A stretch of DNA of 64,000 bases from Candidatus Saccharimonadales bacterium (GTDB taxonomy: Bacteria > Patescibacteriota > Saccharimonadia > Saccharimonadales > EFPC-124). Below the pieces are notes generated by a model, which was given only the letters and a program-made list of their open reading frames with translations, was not told where the DNA came from and did no database searches. Positions 53,340 to 62,153 of the stretch are shown one piece after another. The stretch lies in NCBI GenBank assembly GCA_035710125.1, contig DASTDY010000063.1, positions 86,446-150,445 of the forward strand. Reading direction: 5' to 3'. The translations under genes were made by a program, and so were the position numbers. Within the stretch, counting starts at the first letter, position 1. Each line of letters begins with the position of its first letter.

Positions 53340-54599
53340 ATGGATGATGTTGCAATATTCGACCTAATAAAAAAAGAAGAACAACGCCAGCGCGAGGGTC
53401 TAGAAATGATCCCCAGCGAAAACCACACTTCTGGCAACTTACTAAAAGCACTCGGTAGCCGCCTAACCGATAAATACTCCGAAGGCTACCCGGGCAAACG
53501 CTACTACGGTGGTTGTGAATTTGTAGACCAGATAGAAAACATAGCTATAGACCGCGCCAAAAAATTATTCGGCGTTACCCACGCCAACGTCCAGGCCTAC
53601 TCTGGCAGCCCCGCAAACATGGCTGTGTACTATGCATTGGCCGACCCAGGCGATACAGTAATGGGGCTAGAGTTATACTTTGGTGGCCACATGACCCACG
53701 GCCTAAAGGTAAACTTTTCGGGCAAGTGGTTTAATTCGGTCCAATACCAAACCGGCAAAGATGGCTACCTAAACTACGAAGCCATGGCCGGCTTAGTGCG
53801 TAAGCACAAGCCAAAACTTATTTTTGTTGGGGCAACCGCCTACCCACGCATATTTGATTGGCAAAAATTGCGCGAAATCGCCGATATATGCGACGCATTT
53901 TTAGTGGCCGATATTTCGCACATTGCAGGTTTGGTTGTGGCGGGAGCACATCCTAGTCCGGTGGGGATAGCAGATGTAGTTACAACTACAACGCATAAGA
54001 CATTGCGTGGCCCCAGGGGGGCGCTAATTATGTGCAACGGCAACCCATCCAACCCATTAAAAGCAGCGCCACGCACGCGTGAGAACTTGCCTACCTTGAT
54101 CGATAGGGCGATTATCCCGGGGTTGCAGGGCGGCCCGCACAACCATCAGACTGCAGCAATCGCCGTTGCCTTGCACGAAGCCGCGCAGCCAGCATTTAAA
54201 GAGTACGGCCACCAGATTGTAAAAAATGCCCAGAGGTTGGCCGAAAACCTTAAAAATAAGGGGTACAACCTTGTGACTGGCGGCACCGACAACCATTTGA
54301 TTCTTGTTGATTTAACGAATAAGGGCATAAAGGGTAAAGACGCCGAGGTTGCGCTGGGGTTAGCCGGTATTACTGCAAACAAAAATACTGTGCCGTTCGA
54401 CCCAAGGCCGCCGTTTGATCCAAGTGGCCTTCGTTTAGGCACGCCCGCACTTACCACGAGAGGCTTAAAAGAGGTCGAAATGGACCAAGTGGGCGAGTGG
54501 ATCCACGCTGCAATACAGGCAGCCGGTAATGATGCCAAGCTTGGGGAGATAAAAAAAGAGATCGTGGCGTTCAGCAAAGATTTCCCTTTGCCAAATTAA
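53340..54599 (+). CDS. glyA: serine hydroxymethyltransferase
   Basis: MDDVAIFDLIKKEEQRQREGLEMIPSENHTS...TTTTHKTLRGPRG; GGAG lies 9 nt upstream of ATG 53340. Confidence 0.95.
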   Translation: MDDVAIFDLIKKEEQRQREGLEMIPSENHTSGNLLKALGSRLTDKYSEGYPGKRYYGGCEFVDQIENIAIDRAKKLFGVTHANVQAYSGSPANMAVYYALADPGDTVMGLELYFGGHMTHGLKVNFSGKWFNSVQYQTGKDGYLNYEAMAGLVRKHKPKLIFVGATAYPRIFDWQKLREIADICDAFLVADISHIAGLVVAGAHPSPVGIADVVTTTTHKTLRGPRGALIMCNGNPSNPLKAAPRTRENLPTLIDRAIIPGLQGGPHNHQTAAIAVALHEAAQPAFKEYGHQIVKNAQRLAENLKNKGYNLVTGGTDNHLILVDLTNKGIKGKDAEVALGLAGITANKNTVPFDPRPPFDPSGLRLGTPALTTRGLKEVEMDQVGEWIHAAIQAAGNDAKLGEIKKEIVAFSKDFPLPN

Positions 54600-54619
54600 A
54601 AGGCCCTAGATAGGCGAAT

Positions 54620-54643
54620 GCCCGCGGCGAGATCGCCGCGGGC
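54620..54643. terminator. perfect 10-bp GC hairpin between convergent glyA and cassette K
   Basis: GCCCGCGGCG-agat-CGCCGCGGGC. Confidence 0.55.
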
Positions 54644-54674
54644 TTGCCCTACTGCTGGGTTGTACGTTGTGGAG

Positions 54675-55829
54675 CTACTCCGAGGTGCCGTTGGTGCTGT
54701 GCTGGTCGGTTGCGGTCGGGTCGGTTGCTGCGGGCGCCTCGGGCTGGGTCGGGTCGACAGGTTTCATGTCGGTCTCGGTTTTCGGGAACCTCGAGTTTAC
54801 CTCGTTCAGCACTAGGGCGGCGATCGGAAGCGAGCGGAGGGTGGCCTCTGCGTTCCACATGGCGGGTTCTGCGGTCTGTGCCGCTTCGGCCACGGGTTCC
54901 TTGTCTGCCTGCGGAGGGTCAGTCACCCTGTCGTCGCTGGTCTGGGGCGTGGGCTCAGGTTCAGCGACCTCCGACACGGGTTCTGGTGCAGGTTCGGGCT
55001 CATCTTCCATTTCGGGCGCCGTTGCCTGTTCCGGTTCGAGGCCGGCTTCGGGCTCGAACTCCTGCTCGAACTCTGGCGTTGTCTCCTCTGGGGCTGCGTC
55101 GTCGTAGCCCGCGCTGTAGCCCTGATCGTCGGCTTCAGCCTGAGACTTCTCGATGAGTGCCAGACCGTTGCCTCCTGTTGCCACACTCCCGTTGTGCGCG
55201 AAGTAGCCCGTGGCTTGGCCAGATCCCTGTGCGCCGTTGCCAGGCGCCTGCCAGACGGGAGACGCCGGTGCGAGCGCTTGTTGCGGCGCCGACGAAGTCA
55301 AAACCCGCAGCTGCTGAGGTGCCGTTGTCGGCAGACCATGCGGCGGCTGCCGGAAGGTGTACTTGGGAGCCGCCTGGCCGATCGCCCGCTGGGCGTGGCG
55401 ACGGAACTCCTCCAGCTCGCGGCCGGCAGCCTGCGTGAACGCGGTCAGCGACGCCTGCTGTCGTTCTGTGAGTTGAGCTGTGACGATGCTCGCTCTGGCC
55501 GTGACTTCCTCGAGGATGTCCTTGACTGCAGCGTCCAGGTTCATCTGCGGGTTGAGTTTTTTCACCAGTTCAGCTGTGTGGTCGTGCCACGCCAGCAGGT
55601 CATCGTGCCGGTCGTCGCTGGCCTTCTTGCGGCGTCTCAACATGACGATGATTACCACCATCGCCACGAAGATCAGCGCCAAAAAACCCAGCACGATCCA
55701 CTGGAATGGGGTAAAAATGCCAAACACAGACACAGTGTCTGCCCCTTCGGGTAGGGAATTGCTCTCTGTTAAACGCGTACGAACCCCTTTTTGCGCGGCG
55801 CGGTGTGCGCGCCAGACGTTCGGCTCCAA
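54675..55829 (-). CDS. single-pass membrane protein with Pro/Glu/Ala-rich acidic low-complexity C-terminal half, GC-rich cassette K
   Basis: TM FQWIVLGFLALIFVAMVVIIVML-RRRKK; tail ...EFEQEFEPEAGLEPEQATAPEMEDEPEPAPEPVSEVAEPEPTP.... Start is uncertain (TTG 55829 or an internal GTG before the TM). Several shadow ORFs are present. Confidence 0.6.
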   Translation of the reverse strand: MEPNVWRAHRAAQKGVRTRLTESNSLPEGADTVSVFGIFTPFQWIVLGFLALIFVAMVVIIVMLRRRKKASDDRHDDLLAWHDHTAELVKKLNPQMNLDAAVKDILEEVTARASIVTAQLTERQQASLTAFTQAAGRELEEFRRHAQRAIGQAAPKYTFRQPPHGLPTTAPQQLRVLTSSAPQQALAPASPVWQAPGNGAQGSGQATGYFAHNGSVATGGNGLALIEKSQAEADDQGYSAGYDDAAPEETTPEFEQEFEPEAGLEPEQATAPEMEDEPEPAPEPVSEVAEPEPTPQTSDDRVTDPPQADKEPVAEAAQTAEPAMWNAEATLRSLPIAALVLNEVNSRFPKTETDMKPVDPTQPEAPAATDPTATDQHSTNGTSE

Positions 55830-55917
55830 TAAAAAAAGCCGAGTTGTAGGGCCAGTCCATACTTATACTAGGTATAGGTTAAAGAGTCAAGTCGAGTGGT
55901 TAAAATACCAAAGCTAC

Positions 55918-56934
55918 CTACATTAATTCTGGCTCTTGCTGCAGCTCTACCCCAAAAAGTCGCTGGACTGTATCTGTTATTTCTTGTTGGAAGGTTGCTA
56001 GGTCTTGGTACGAAGCCGCATGCTCATTTATAAGCACCAGCGCGTGTTGCTCGTATGTTTTCATGCCGTGCGAAGCGTATCCTTTAAGACCGGCTTCATC
56101 GATTAGCCAGCCAGCGGCCAACTTTACGCGGCCATCGGGCATTGGCCAGTGCGGCATATCTGGATGAGCTGCCAAAAGTTCGGCAGCTTTGTCTGCGTGT
56201 ACAATAGGGTTTTTAAAAAAAGAGCCAGTATTTGCTACACGTGACGGGTCGGGGAGCCGCACTGCCCGAATTGCCACGACAGCTTGGCGAATTGTGAGTG
56301 GCGTAAATTCAGTAATAGCGTGGTCATCTAAATACCTCTGTAAGCTGGCATAAAAGGGCGGAGTTGGGTTTTGCGCAGTGAGCTCTAGGGTGATACTGGT
56401 TATAATGTAACGCCGGTTTTGGATAGATTTAAAAATGCTACTTCGGTAGCTAAATTGGCAGTCGTCTTTAGTGAGCGTCACGAAGGTTTTTGTAGTAAGG
56501 TCGTAGGCCTCAAGCTCTACAAATACATCTGAAATCTGTGCGCCGTACGCCCCTACATTTTGTACTGGCGTAGCTCCAGCGGTGCCGGGTATGGCACTTA
56601 AAAATTCTATGCCGTGTAGTTGTAAGTCGACCGTTTTTTTGACTACATTATCCCAGTTCTCACCCGCACCAATTTGTATGTGGGTCTTGCCCTTGTGCTG
56701 TTTTATAACTTTAAAACCTGGCAAACGGTTAATTATAACCAACCCATGAAAACCATCTTTAAAGATAACGTTCGATCCGCCGCCAAGCACAATATGGGGT
56801 AAAGAGCGGTCTTGCGCCCACGCGAGTGCTTCTAGGAGTTCTTGTTTGCTTTTAACAGTAGTAAGCGCGTGTGCGGTGCCGCCTAAACGCATAGTGACGT
56901 AGTTTTTAAGGGAAACGTTGGATTGTACCTGCAT
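55918..56934 (-). CDS. murB: UDP-N-acetylenolpyruvoylglucosamine reductase
   Basis: MQVQSNVSLKNYVTMRLGG..., LGGGSNV. The listed ORF start overlaps tRNA-Arg and was trimmed to Met23. Confidence 0.9.
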   Translation of the reverse strand: MQVQSNVSLKNYVTMRLGGTAHALTTVKSKQELLEALAWAQDRSLPHIVLGGGSNVIFKDGFHGLVIINRLPGFKVIKQHKGKTHIQIGAGENWDNVVKKTVDLQLHGIEFLSAIPGTAGATPVQNVGAYGAQISDVFVELEAYDLTTKTFVTLTKDDCQFSYRSSIFKSIQNRRYIITSITLELTAQNPTPPFYASLQRYLDDHAITEFTPLTIRQAVVAIRAVRLPDPSRVANTGSFFKNPIVHADKAAELLAAHPDMPHWPMPDGRVKLAAGWLIDEAGLKGYASHGMKTYEQHALVLINEHAASYQDLATFQQEITDTVQRLFGVELQQEPELM

Positions 56935-56996
56935 GCCTATATTATGGCACACACCTGTTTTAATCGGCCAACATATGGGATAGACTAGATGTGCAC

Positions 56997-57072
56997 GCAC
57001 TCGTAGCTCAGGGGATAGAGCACTGGTTTCCGGTACCAGGTGTCGCAGGTTCGAATCCTGCCGAGTGTACCA
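56997..57072 (+). tRNA. tRNA-Arg (CCG)
   Basis: Manual cloverleaf: acceptor GCACTCG/CGAGTGT, anticodon loop TTCCGGT, T-loop TTCGAAT, CCA encoded. Confidence 0.9.
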
Positions 57073-57120
57073 AGTATAAGCACTATAGAAAAGTGATTAT
57101 TTTTTATATACACTCAGTTT

Positions 57121-57957
57121 ATGAGAAAGAACCAGGGCGGCTTTAGTATTGTAGAGATCCTCATTGTGTTCGTTATACTAGGTGTAATCGGATTTATTGG
57201 CTGGAGAATACTCGATAATCCCAAACAATCAGATCCTCAAGTACAGAACCCAAACACAAACCCTATACCAGATAAGTTGATTTGGCAGCAAACAGCTGAC
57301 GGTTGGCGGGCTACAGAAACCCCACCCGCTTGTCCTAGCCAGCCAATGCTTACACCGCCGACCGATCTAAGTAAAGTAACCTCAATGCTTTACCCTGGGC
57401 AAACGAGAGGTGGTAATTACAAGCCGCATGGTGGGTTCCGTTTTGATAACGCCGCCGACAACGCCGTTATGGTAACAGCTCCGATTGACGGGTTTATAGT
57501 TAAAGGTACACAGTATCTTGCCGAGGGCGAAAATGAAATCCAGTATGGTTTTGATATTATGAACAACTGTGGAATTATGTACCGCGTAGGGCATTTAAGA
57601 GAGCTGCCCGCTAATTTGCAAAAGATTGCAGATACGTTTCCCGCCGCAACTACAAGCTCACAAAACCATCCCGTAAATCCTGTAGTATTCGTAAAAAAAG
57701 GCGATACGCTTGCCACGAAAGTAGGAATCATCAGTAATAAAAATACATTCTTTGACTGGGGTGTGTATGATTTTCGCCAAACAAACGAGGCTAGCAAATC
57801 GCCAGCGTACCAGTCGGGGCACAGCCAGGATAAAGAGCTATCTTGGCATGCCGTTTGTTGGCTAAAAGACTGGCTGCCAGCAAGCGACGCGGCCACAATT
57901 GCCAAACTCCCTGCCGGCGACCCAGCCAGTGGTAAAAATAGTGATTACTGCAAATGA
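57121..57957 (+). CDS. protein with prepilin-type N-terminus and large C-terminal domain, orphan
   Basis: MRKNQGG|FSIVEILIVFVILGVIGF; 278 aa. Confidence 0.65.
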   Translation: MRKNQGGFSIVEILIVFVILGVIGFIGWRILDNPKQSDPQVQNPNTNPIPDKLIWQQTADGWRATETPPACPSQPMLTPPTDLSKVTSMLYPGQTRGGNYKPHGGFRFDNAADNAVMVTAPIDGFIVKGTQYLAEGENEIQYGFDIMNNCGIMYRVGHLRELPANLQKIADTFPAATTSSQNHPVNPVVFVKKGDTLATKVGIISNKNTFFDWGVYDFRQTNEASKSPAYQSGHSQDKELSWHAVCWLKDWLPASDAATIAKLPAGDPASGKNSDYCK

Positions 57958-58505
57958 AAAACCCATTCAAAACCCTATCTTCAAAAATCGTATATAAAAA
58001 CCCTTGGATACGGGTGAGGGAGGATGCGATCATCCGGCCGGATGGATCAGAGGGCATATATAGCGTTGTTGAATCTAAAGACTCAGTAGTAGTGGGCGCT
58101 TTAAACGACAAGAACGAACTATTTTTGATTTATTCTTTTAGTTACCCTGCGCAGTCATGGCAGTGGGAACTCCCAGGCGGCAGTTGCGATGACGACCACA
58201 GGTTGGTTGCATCCAAGCGTGAGCTCGCCGAAGAAACAGGAATAACCGCCAAGCAATGGACCGAGCTGCAATCTACCAGAGTTTGTGATGGTTTTATGAC
58301 CGAACGCACTACAACCCTACTAGCCAGAGACTTATCTTTTGGATCAAAAACAGTTGCCGACGACCACGGTGTTATTGCAGAAGGGCGGTTTTTTTCGTTT
58401 GCCCAAATACATAAGATGGTACAAGAAGGCAAAATTGATGAGGGGCAAACCATTACGGCGCTTTATCTTATAGAGCACTGGCTCAAAAAGAACCAATTAG
58501 CGTAA
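57954..58505 (+). CDS. NUDIX hydrolase
   Basis: NUDIX box GGSCDDDHRLVASKRELAEETGI. Confidence 0.85.
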   Translation: MKNPFKTLSSKIVYKNPWIRVREDAIIRPDGSEGIYSVVESKDSVVVGALNDKNELFLIYSFSYPAQSWQWELPGGSCDDDHRLVASKRELAEETGITAKQWTELQSTRVCDGFMTERTTTLLARDLSFGSKTVADDHGVIAEGRFFSFAQIHKMVQEGKIDEGQTITALYLIEHWLKKNQLA

Positions 58506-58557
58506 CTTTTTTAAGGTATGATAAAAGTATGCCGGTAAAAATTGTCTACGAGTTAAT

Positions 58558-59121
58558 ATGAAAAACGCAATTTTACTTCATGGCAAGCCTGGGAAAGAAG
58601 AATACTACAGCGACAAGTATCCGTCTGCCAGTAATTCACATTGGTTTCCTTGGCTGCAAAAACAGTTAATTATCCGTGGTGTTGCGGCACATACTCCAGA
58701 GGTGCCTAATGCTTGGAAGCCTTATTATCCAACCTGGCAAAAAGAGTTTGAACGTTTCGATATCACCCCAGATACAATCCTTGTTGGCCATAGCTGTGGC
58801 GGCGGGTTCATTGCGCGCTGGCTAAGCGAGCACCCAGGGGTGAATGTAGGTAAAGTGGTATTAGTGGCGCCATCTTTAGGTAAAGATTGGGTGCAAGATG
58901 ATTTTTTTGAATTTACTATTGATCCGCAGATGGCCGCCCGCACTAAAGGGTTAACCATTTTTGGCTCAGACAATGACCATCCCGGCATTAATGACGCGAT
59001 CGCAACCTTGCGTACCTCTGTTAAAGATGTGCAGTATAGGGAATTTTCAGGATATGGCCATTTTTTTCACAGCAGTATGAATACTGATGCATTTCCGGAG
59101 TTATTGCAAGCGGTTTTGTAG
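58558..59121 (+). CDS. YdeN/RBBP9-type alpha/beta serine hydrolase
   Basis: 187 aa; ILVGHSCGG nucleophile elbow. Confidence 0.75.
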   Translation: MKNAILLHGKPGKEEYYSDKYPSASNSHWFPWLQKQLIIRGVAAHTPEVPNAWKPYYPTWQKEFERFDITPDTILVGHSCGGGFIARWLSEHPGVNVGKVVLVAPSLGKDWVQDDFFEFTIDPQMAARTKGLTIFGSDNDHPGINDAIATLRTSVKDVQYREFSGYGHFFHSSMNTDAFPELLQAVL

Positions 59122-59186
59122 TGTGGCCTCAAGTAGTCATATATCTGTAAAGATGTTTCTTGGCAAACGCACCTCTGTTTATATAT

Positions 59187-59215
59187 TTGACAAATCAGTA
59201 GAAAATTGGTATAAT
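59187..59215 (+). promoter_or_regulatory. consensus sigma70-type promoter in front of cassette L
   Basis: TTGACA-N17-TATAAT exactly, followed by AGGAGA 6 nt before ATG 59275. Confidence 0.65.
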
Positions 59216-59274
59216 TTTGTTTAGAAAGTTGGGTAATACCTTCGCTAGAACCGAGACAATTTAGGAGAAATTCC

Positions 59275-60033
59275 ATGAGGATCCGATTGGTTGCGCTTGG
59301 TCTGGCGGCACTCGCTTTGAGTGCCTGCTCGAGCACCGAACCGCAGCAGACGGCGCCCGCGGCCACCTCGGCCACCACAACCACCACGGCCACACCGACC
59401 CCGACCAGCCCGGTCGACATGGTGGCCGAGTCCATCAAGGACAAGGCGTTCGCGTACTACACGTCGACTGAGCGCCGTCAGCGCATCGACGCGTTTCTCA
59501 CGAACGAGGGCGTGCGTTACGCCAAGCTGATGGAGTCGGGCGAGATCCCGTCGAGAGCCCGCGGCTGGGCCAGCACCACGCCGCCACCGCGCAACGGCTA
59601 CGGCCTGCTCGAATCGGTCAACGGGGGCAACACGGTCAGGCCGTTCCTGAGCGTTGTCGTGTTCTTCAACAACGGCAAGGTCGATCTGAACCAGCAGGTT
59701 CTGTCGGTCTACATCATCAAGGGCAACCGCTCTGTCGATGTGGACGGCAGGCTGGTCGTGAAGGTGGACGGCACGCTGTTGCGTGACACCCCCGGGGCCT
59801 ACGGCTGGCGGATCGACGGCTCCAAGGACGACAACCACGGCTTCATGCTCGACAAGCGCGGCCGCGGCTCGTTCGACCCCGAGCTTCCTCTCGACCCGAA
59901 CAGGAAGTACACGGTGCTGTCCCGCAAGAGCATCGGCGTTCTCGTCACCGAGACCGAGCTCCGCGATGCCGACAACATGCTGTTCCAGCTGCTCGGCACC
60001 GAGTTCGCGGTGAACCCCTCCGACTGGCGGTAA
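59275..60033 (+). CDS. lipoprotein, GC-rich cassette L
   Basis: MRIRLVALGLAALALSAC (lipobox LSAC) and a Thr/Pro-rich linker ATSATTTTTATPTPTSP. There is a long shadow ORF on the opposite strand. Confidence 0.75.
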   Translation: MRIRLVALGLAALALSACSSTEPQQTAPAATSATTTTTATPTPTSPVDMVAESIKDKAFAYYTSTERRQRIDAFLTNEGVRYAKLMESGEIPSRARGWASTTPPPRNGYGLLESVNGGNTVRPFLSVVVFFNNGKVDLNQQVLSVYIIKGNRSVDVDGRLVVKVDGTLLRDTPGAYGWRIDGSKDDNHGFMLDKRGRGSFDPELPLDPNRKYTVLSRKSIGVLVTETELRDADNMLFQLLGTEFAVNPSDWR

Positions 60034-60041
60034 CCCAACTT

Positions 60042-60112
60042 GCCGAGGCGTCCACACACTGGACGCCTCGGCGGGAACCTAAGTGCTTAATGAGTTAAGC
60101 TTTTAGGTTCCC
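60042..60112 (+). terminator. tandem hairpins after cassette L
   Basis: GCCGAGGCGTCC-7 nt-GGACGCCTCGGC (12 bp perfect), then GGGAACCTAA...TTAGGTTCCC. Confidence 0.55.
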
Positions 60113-60141
60113 ACTAAAAAGTACTCATGTATACTTAAACT

Positions 60142-60690
60142 ATGAACCGGCGTACAACCGTTTCGGTACTCTCATTAGGCTGTCTTATTGCAGCCTTGCT
60201 GGCTTTGCCTGCAGCTGCGTCGCCTTTTGGGTGGGGAAAATTTGGCGAGGATGTCCCGTTTGGGGCCTCTACTAGTTTGTCGGTCGACCTAGGCAGCAAT
60301 GTAAGCCTTTCCCTCAGTCCGAATGGCGCAAATTTTAGCGGCAATGGATCGCATGTAGTCACTGTCACTACAACAGATGTTGTGGGGTATGCGCTATATG
60401 TCCATGCGACTAGCTCTACTAATATGACTAATGGCAGCGCCACGATCGCAGCTAGTGCTAATAGTTCGCCTGCTCCGCTGGCAGTAAATACGTGGGGCTT
60501 TAATACTACTGGTTCGACTACAGATTTTATAGGAATGCTCACGAGCAACACCCGAATTAAAGATACTACGGGGCCATACAAAAATGGCGACCCCACAACC
60601 GTGACGTACGGTGCACTAGTAGATGCAGTGCAACCTGCGGGTACGTACAACACGGCGGTGACATATACGGTGGTGGCGAAGAACCAATAA
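60142..60690 (+). CDS. secreted WxL-like surface protein
   Basis: Signal peptide, Ser/Thr/Asn-rich beta sequence, C-terminal ...PAGTYNTAVTYTVVAK resembling the WxL C-terminal motif. Its neighbour is DUF916/DUF3324-like. Confidence 0.55.
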   Translation: MNRRTTVSVLSLGCLIAALLALPAAASPFGWGKFGEDVPFGASTSLSVDLGSNVSLSLSPNGANFSGNGSHVVTVTTTDVVGYALYVHATSSTNMTNGSATIAASANSSPAPLAVNTWGFNTTGSTTDFIGMLTSNTRIKDTTGPYKNGDPTTVTYGALVDAVQPAGTYNTAVTYTVVAKNQ

Positions 60691-61536
60691 CTATAAGTTG
60701 CGCCGGCGGGCGCGCCATGCTGCCCACAACAGCAAGAGGCCGGCTGGGATTGCAACTGACCATAATGGCAGGTATACAATGTACCGTGTTTTTTCTTTAG
60801 TTTCTCCGCTGTCGCTCGCATAGCCAAAGGTTGCTTTATACACACCAGGGAGCAGAGGGGCTTGGATTGTGCCACTGAGCACCCGCGTGGTATCTGGCAA
60901 AATAATGTGTGCCGCCTCTTGCGTTGGGTCTTTGGCGGTGAACCCGTGTAGCTGGCCTGCCATGAACACAAACGCGTGGCTGTTGCCGGTGCCTTTTATT
61001 TGCAGTTGGTACGGAATAGGGTTACCGATGGCCAAAAAAGGCAGGTCGTCTTTTACGATTTGGGTTGCCGCGCTTATCTGGCCCTTTATGGTGACGTACA
61101 ACAGGGCGGCTATCCGTACGTTGCTTACGCCGTCAAAACTTGTTGACGCAACAATGCTAAAATAGTGGCCGCCTGGTTTGCTGCCTGGTGGGGGAGCAAT
61201 GGTAAATGGTACTTGCGAATTCTTACCTGGCTGTAATTGTATAGTTGTGACGCCCACTTTTACCCACTCTTCTTTGGCCGGTAAAAACGTAAAATCGTAG
61301 GTAAAGTTTGCGACCGAAAACTGCTCTACCGAAAGCGTGACGTTAATAGGGTTTGGGGTATTATTTGCGACGGTGAGCGATCCGTCGTGGCTACCGCCAG
61401 CGTCCAGCGATATATACTGTCGGAGTGGTGATACGAATAGCCCCTTGCTGGCGGCGTCTTCTGTTGCGGCCTGCGCGGCAGGTTGTATGCACAGGGCAAC
61501 AATGGCGCCTGCAATAATCGCCAGACGCCATCGCAT
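60691..61536 (-). CDS. DUF916/DUF3324-like cell-surface protein with C-terminal TM anchor
   Basis: Signal peptide, FVSPLRQYISLDAGGSHDGSLTVANNTPNPINVTLSVE pattern, C-terminal TM plus an RARRRNL tail. Confidence 0.65.
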   Translation of the reverse strand: MRWRLAIIAGAIVALCIQPAAQAATEDAASKGLFVSPLRQYISLDAGGSHDGSLTVANNTPNPINVTLSVEQFSVANFTYDFTFLPAKEEWVKVGVTTIQLQPGKNSQVPFTIAPPPGSKPGGHYFSIVASTSFDGVSNVRIAALLYVTIKGQISAATQIVKDDLPFLAIGNPIPYQLQIKGTGNSHAFVFMAGQLHGFTAKDPTQEAAHIILPDTTRVLSGTIQAPLLPGVYKATFGYASDSGETKEKTRYIVYLPLWSVAIPAGLLLLWAAWRARRRNL

Positions 61537-61537
61537 A

Positions 61538-62140
61538 TTATGGCTTGGCGGCCGGCCGTTTAATTATTTGCACCTGAATGTCGCTTACCACATTTAGGTA
61601 GTGCTGGATTGCGAATGTTTGCGCCTCTTGGCTGCGGTTTTGCCACTCTGGTGTAAGAATGTAGCCGTAGTTAAAGTCAAAATCGCAACTTATTGGGTAG
61701 TGGTCTAGTTTGTTATCTATACGCCATTGTTTGTTAAGGTATAAAAAACTAGCCTCTGAAATTGCGCGTTGGTGGGTTGGGTCTTGCCAGGCACGCATGC
61801 TGGAGTAGTAAGGGCATACAATGCGCGCAAAACCTTTGGTTGGGATATTAGGGTTAGCGGGGTCGAATTCTGCTGGTTTTAAAATACGGTAGATTTCGTC
61901 AAAAAACTGAAAGAACGGGTCGTGCCGGCTGTTGCCATGGGGAAGGTGTTCTACAAAGTTACTGCATTCGATTTCGTCTACGGAACTATCGGCGAATTGT
62001 TTCCAGGGGAACGAAAGTAAGTCTTGCACATAGGTGACCTCTGCCCGCTTTATAATATCGACGCCTTCAAAGCCTTCTGGTGGGTGTCCGCCACTGGCAA
62101 GTGAAAGTTTAAGTGGTTTCGGTTGTTTTTTTACTGCCAT
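61538..62140 (-). CDS. class I SAM-dependent methyltransferase-like protein
   Basis: LSLASGGHPPEGFEGVDI...VDEIECSNFVEHL pattern; 200 aa. Confidence 0.6.
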   Translation of the reverse strand: MAVKKQPKPLKLSLASGGHPPEGFEGVDIIKRAEVTYVQDLLSFPWKQFADSSVDEIECSNFVEHLPHGNSRHDPFFQFFDEIYRILKPAEFDPANPNIPTKGFARIVCPYYSSMRAWQDPTHQRAISEASFLYLNKQWRIDNKLDHYPISCDFDFNYGYILTPEWQNRSQEAQTFAIQHYLNVVSDIQVQIIKRPAAKP

Positions 62141-62153
62141 ACTGCTCCTTGTT

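Noticed and set aside
54618-55926. Several + strand ORFs across cassette K; also 59245-60057 (-) across cassette L
   Set aside because: These Arg/Pro/Cys-rich translations have no start signals. They are shadows of the GC-rich genes on the other strand.
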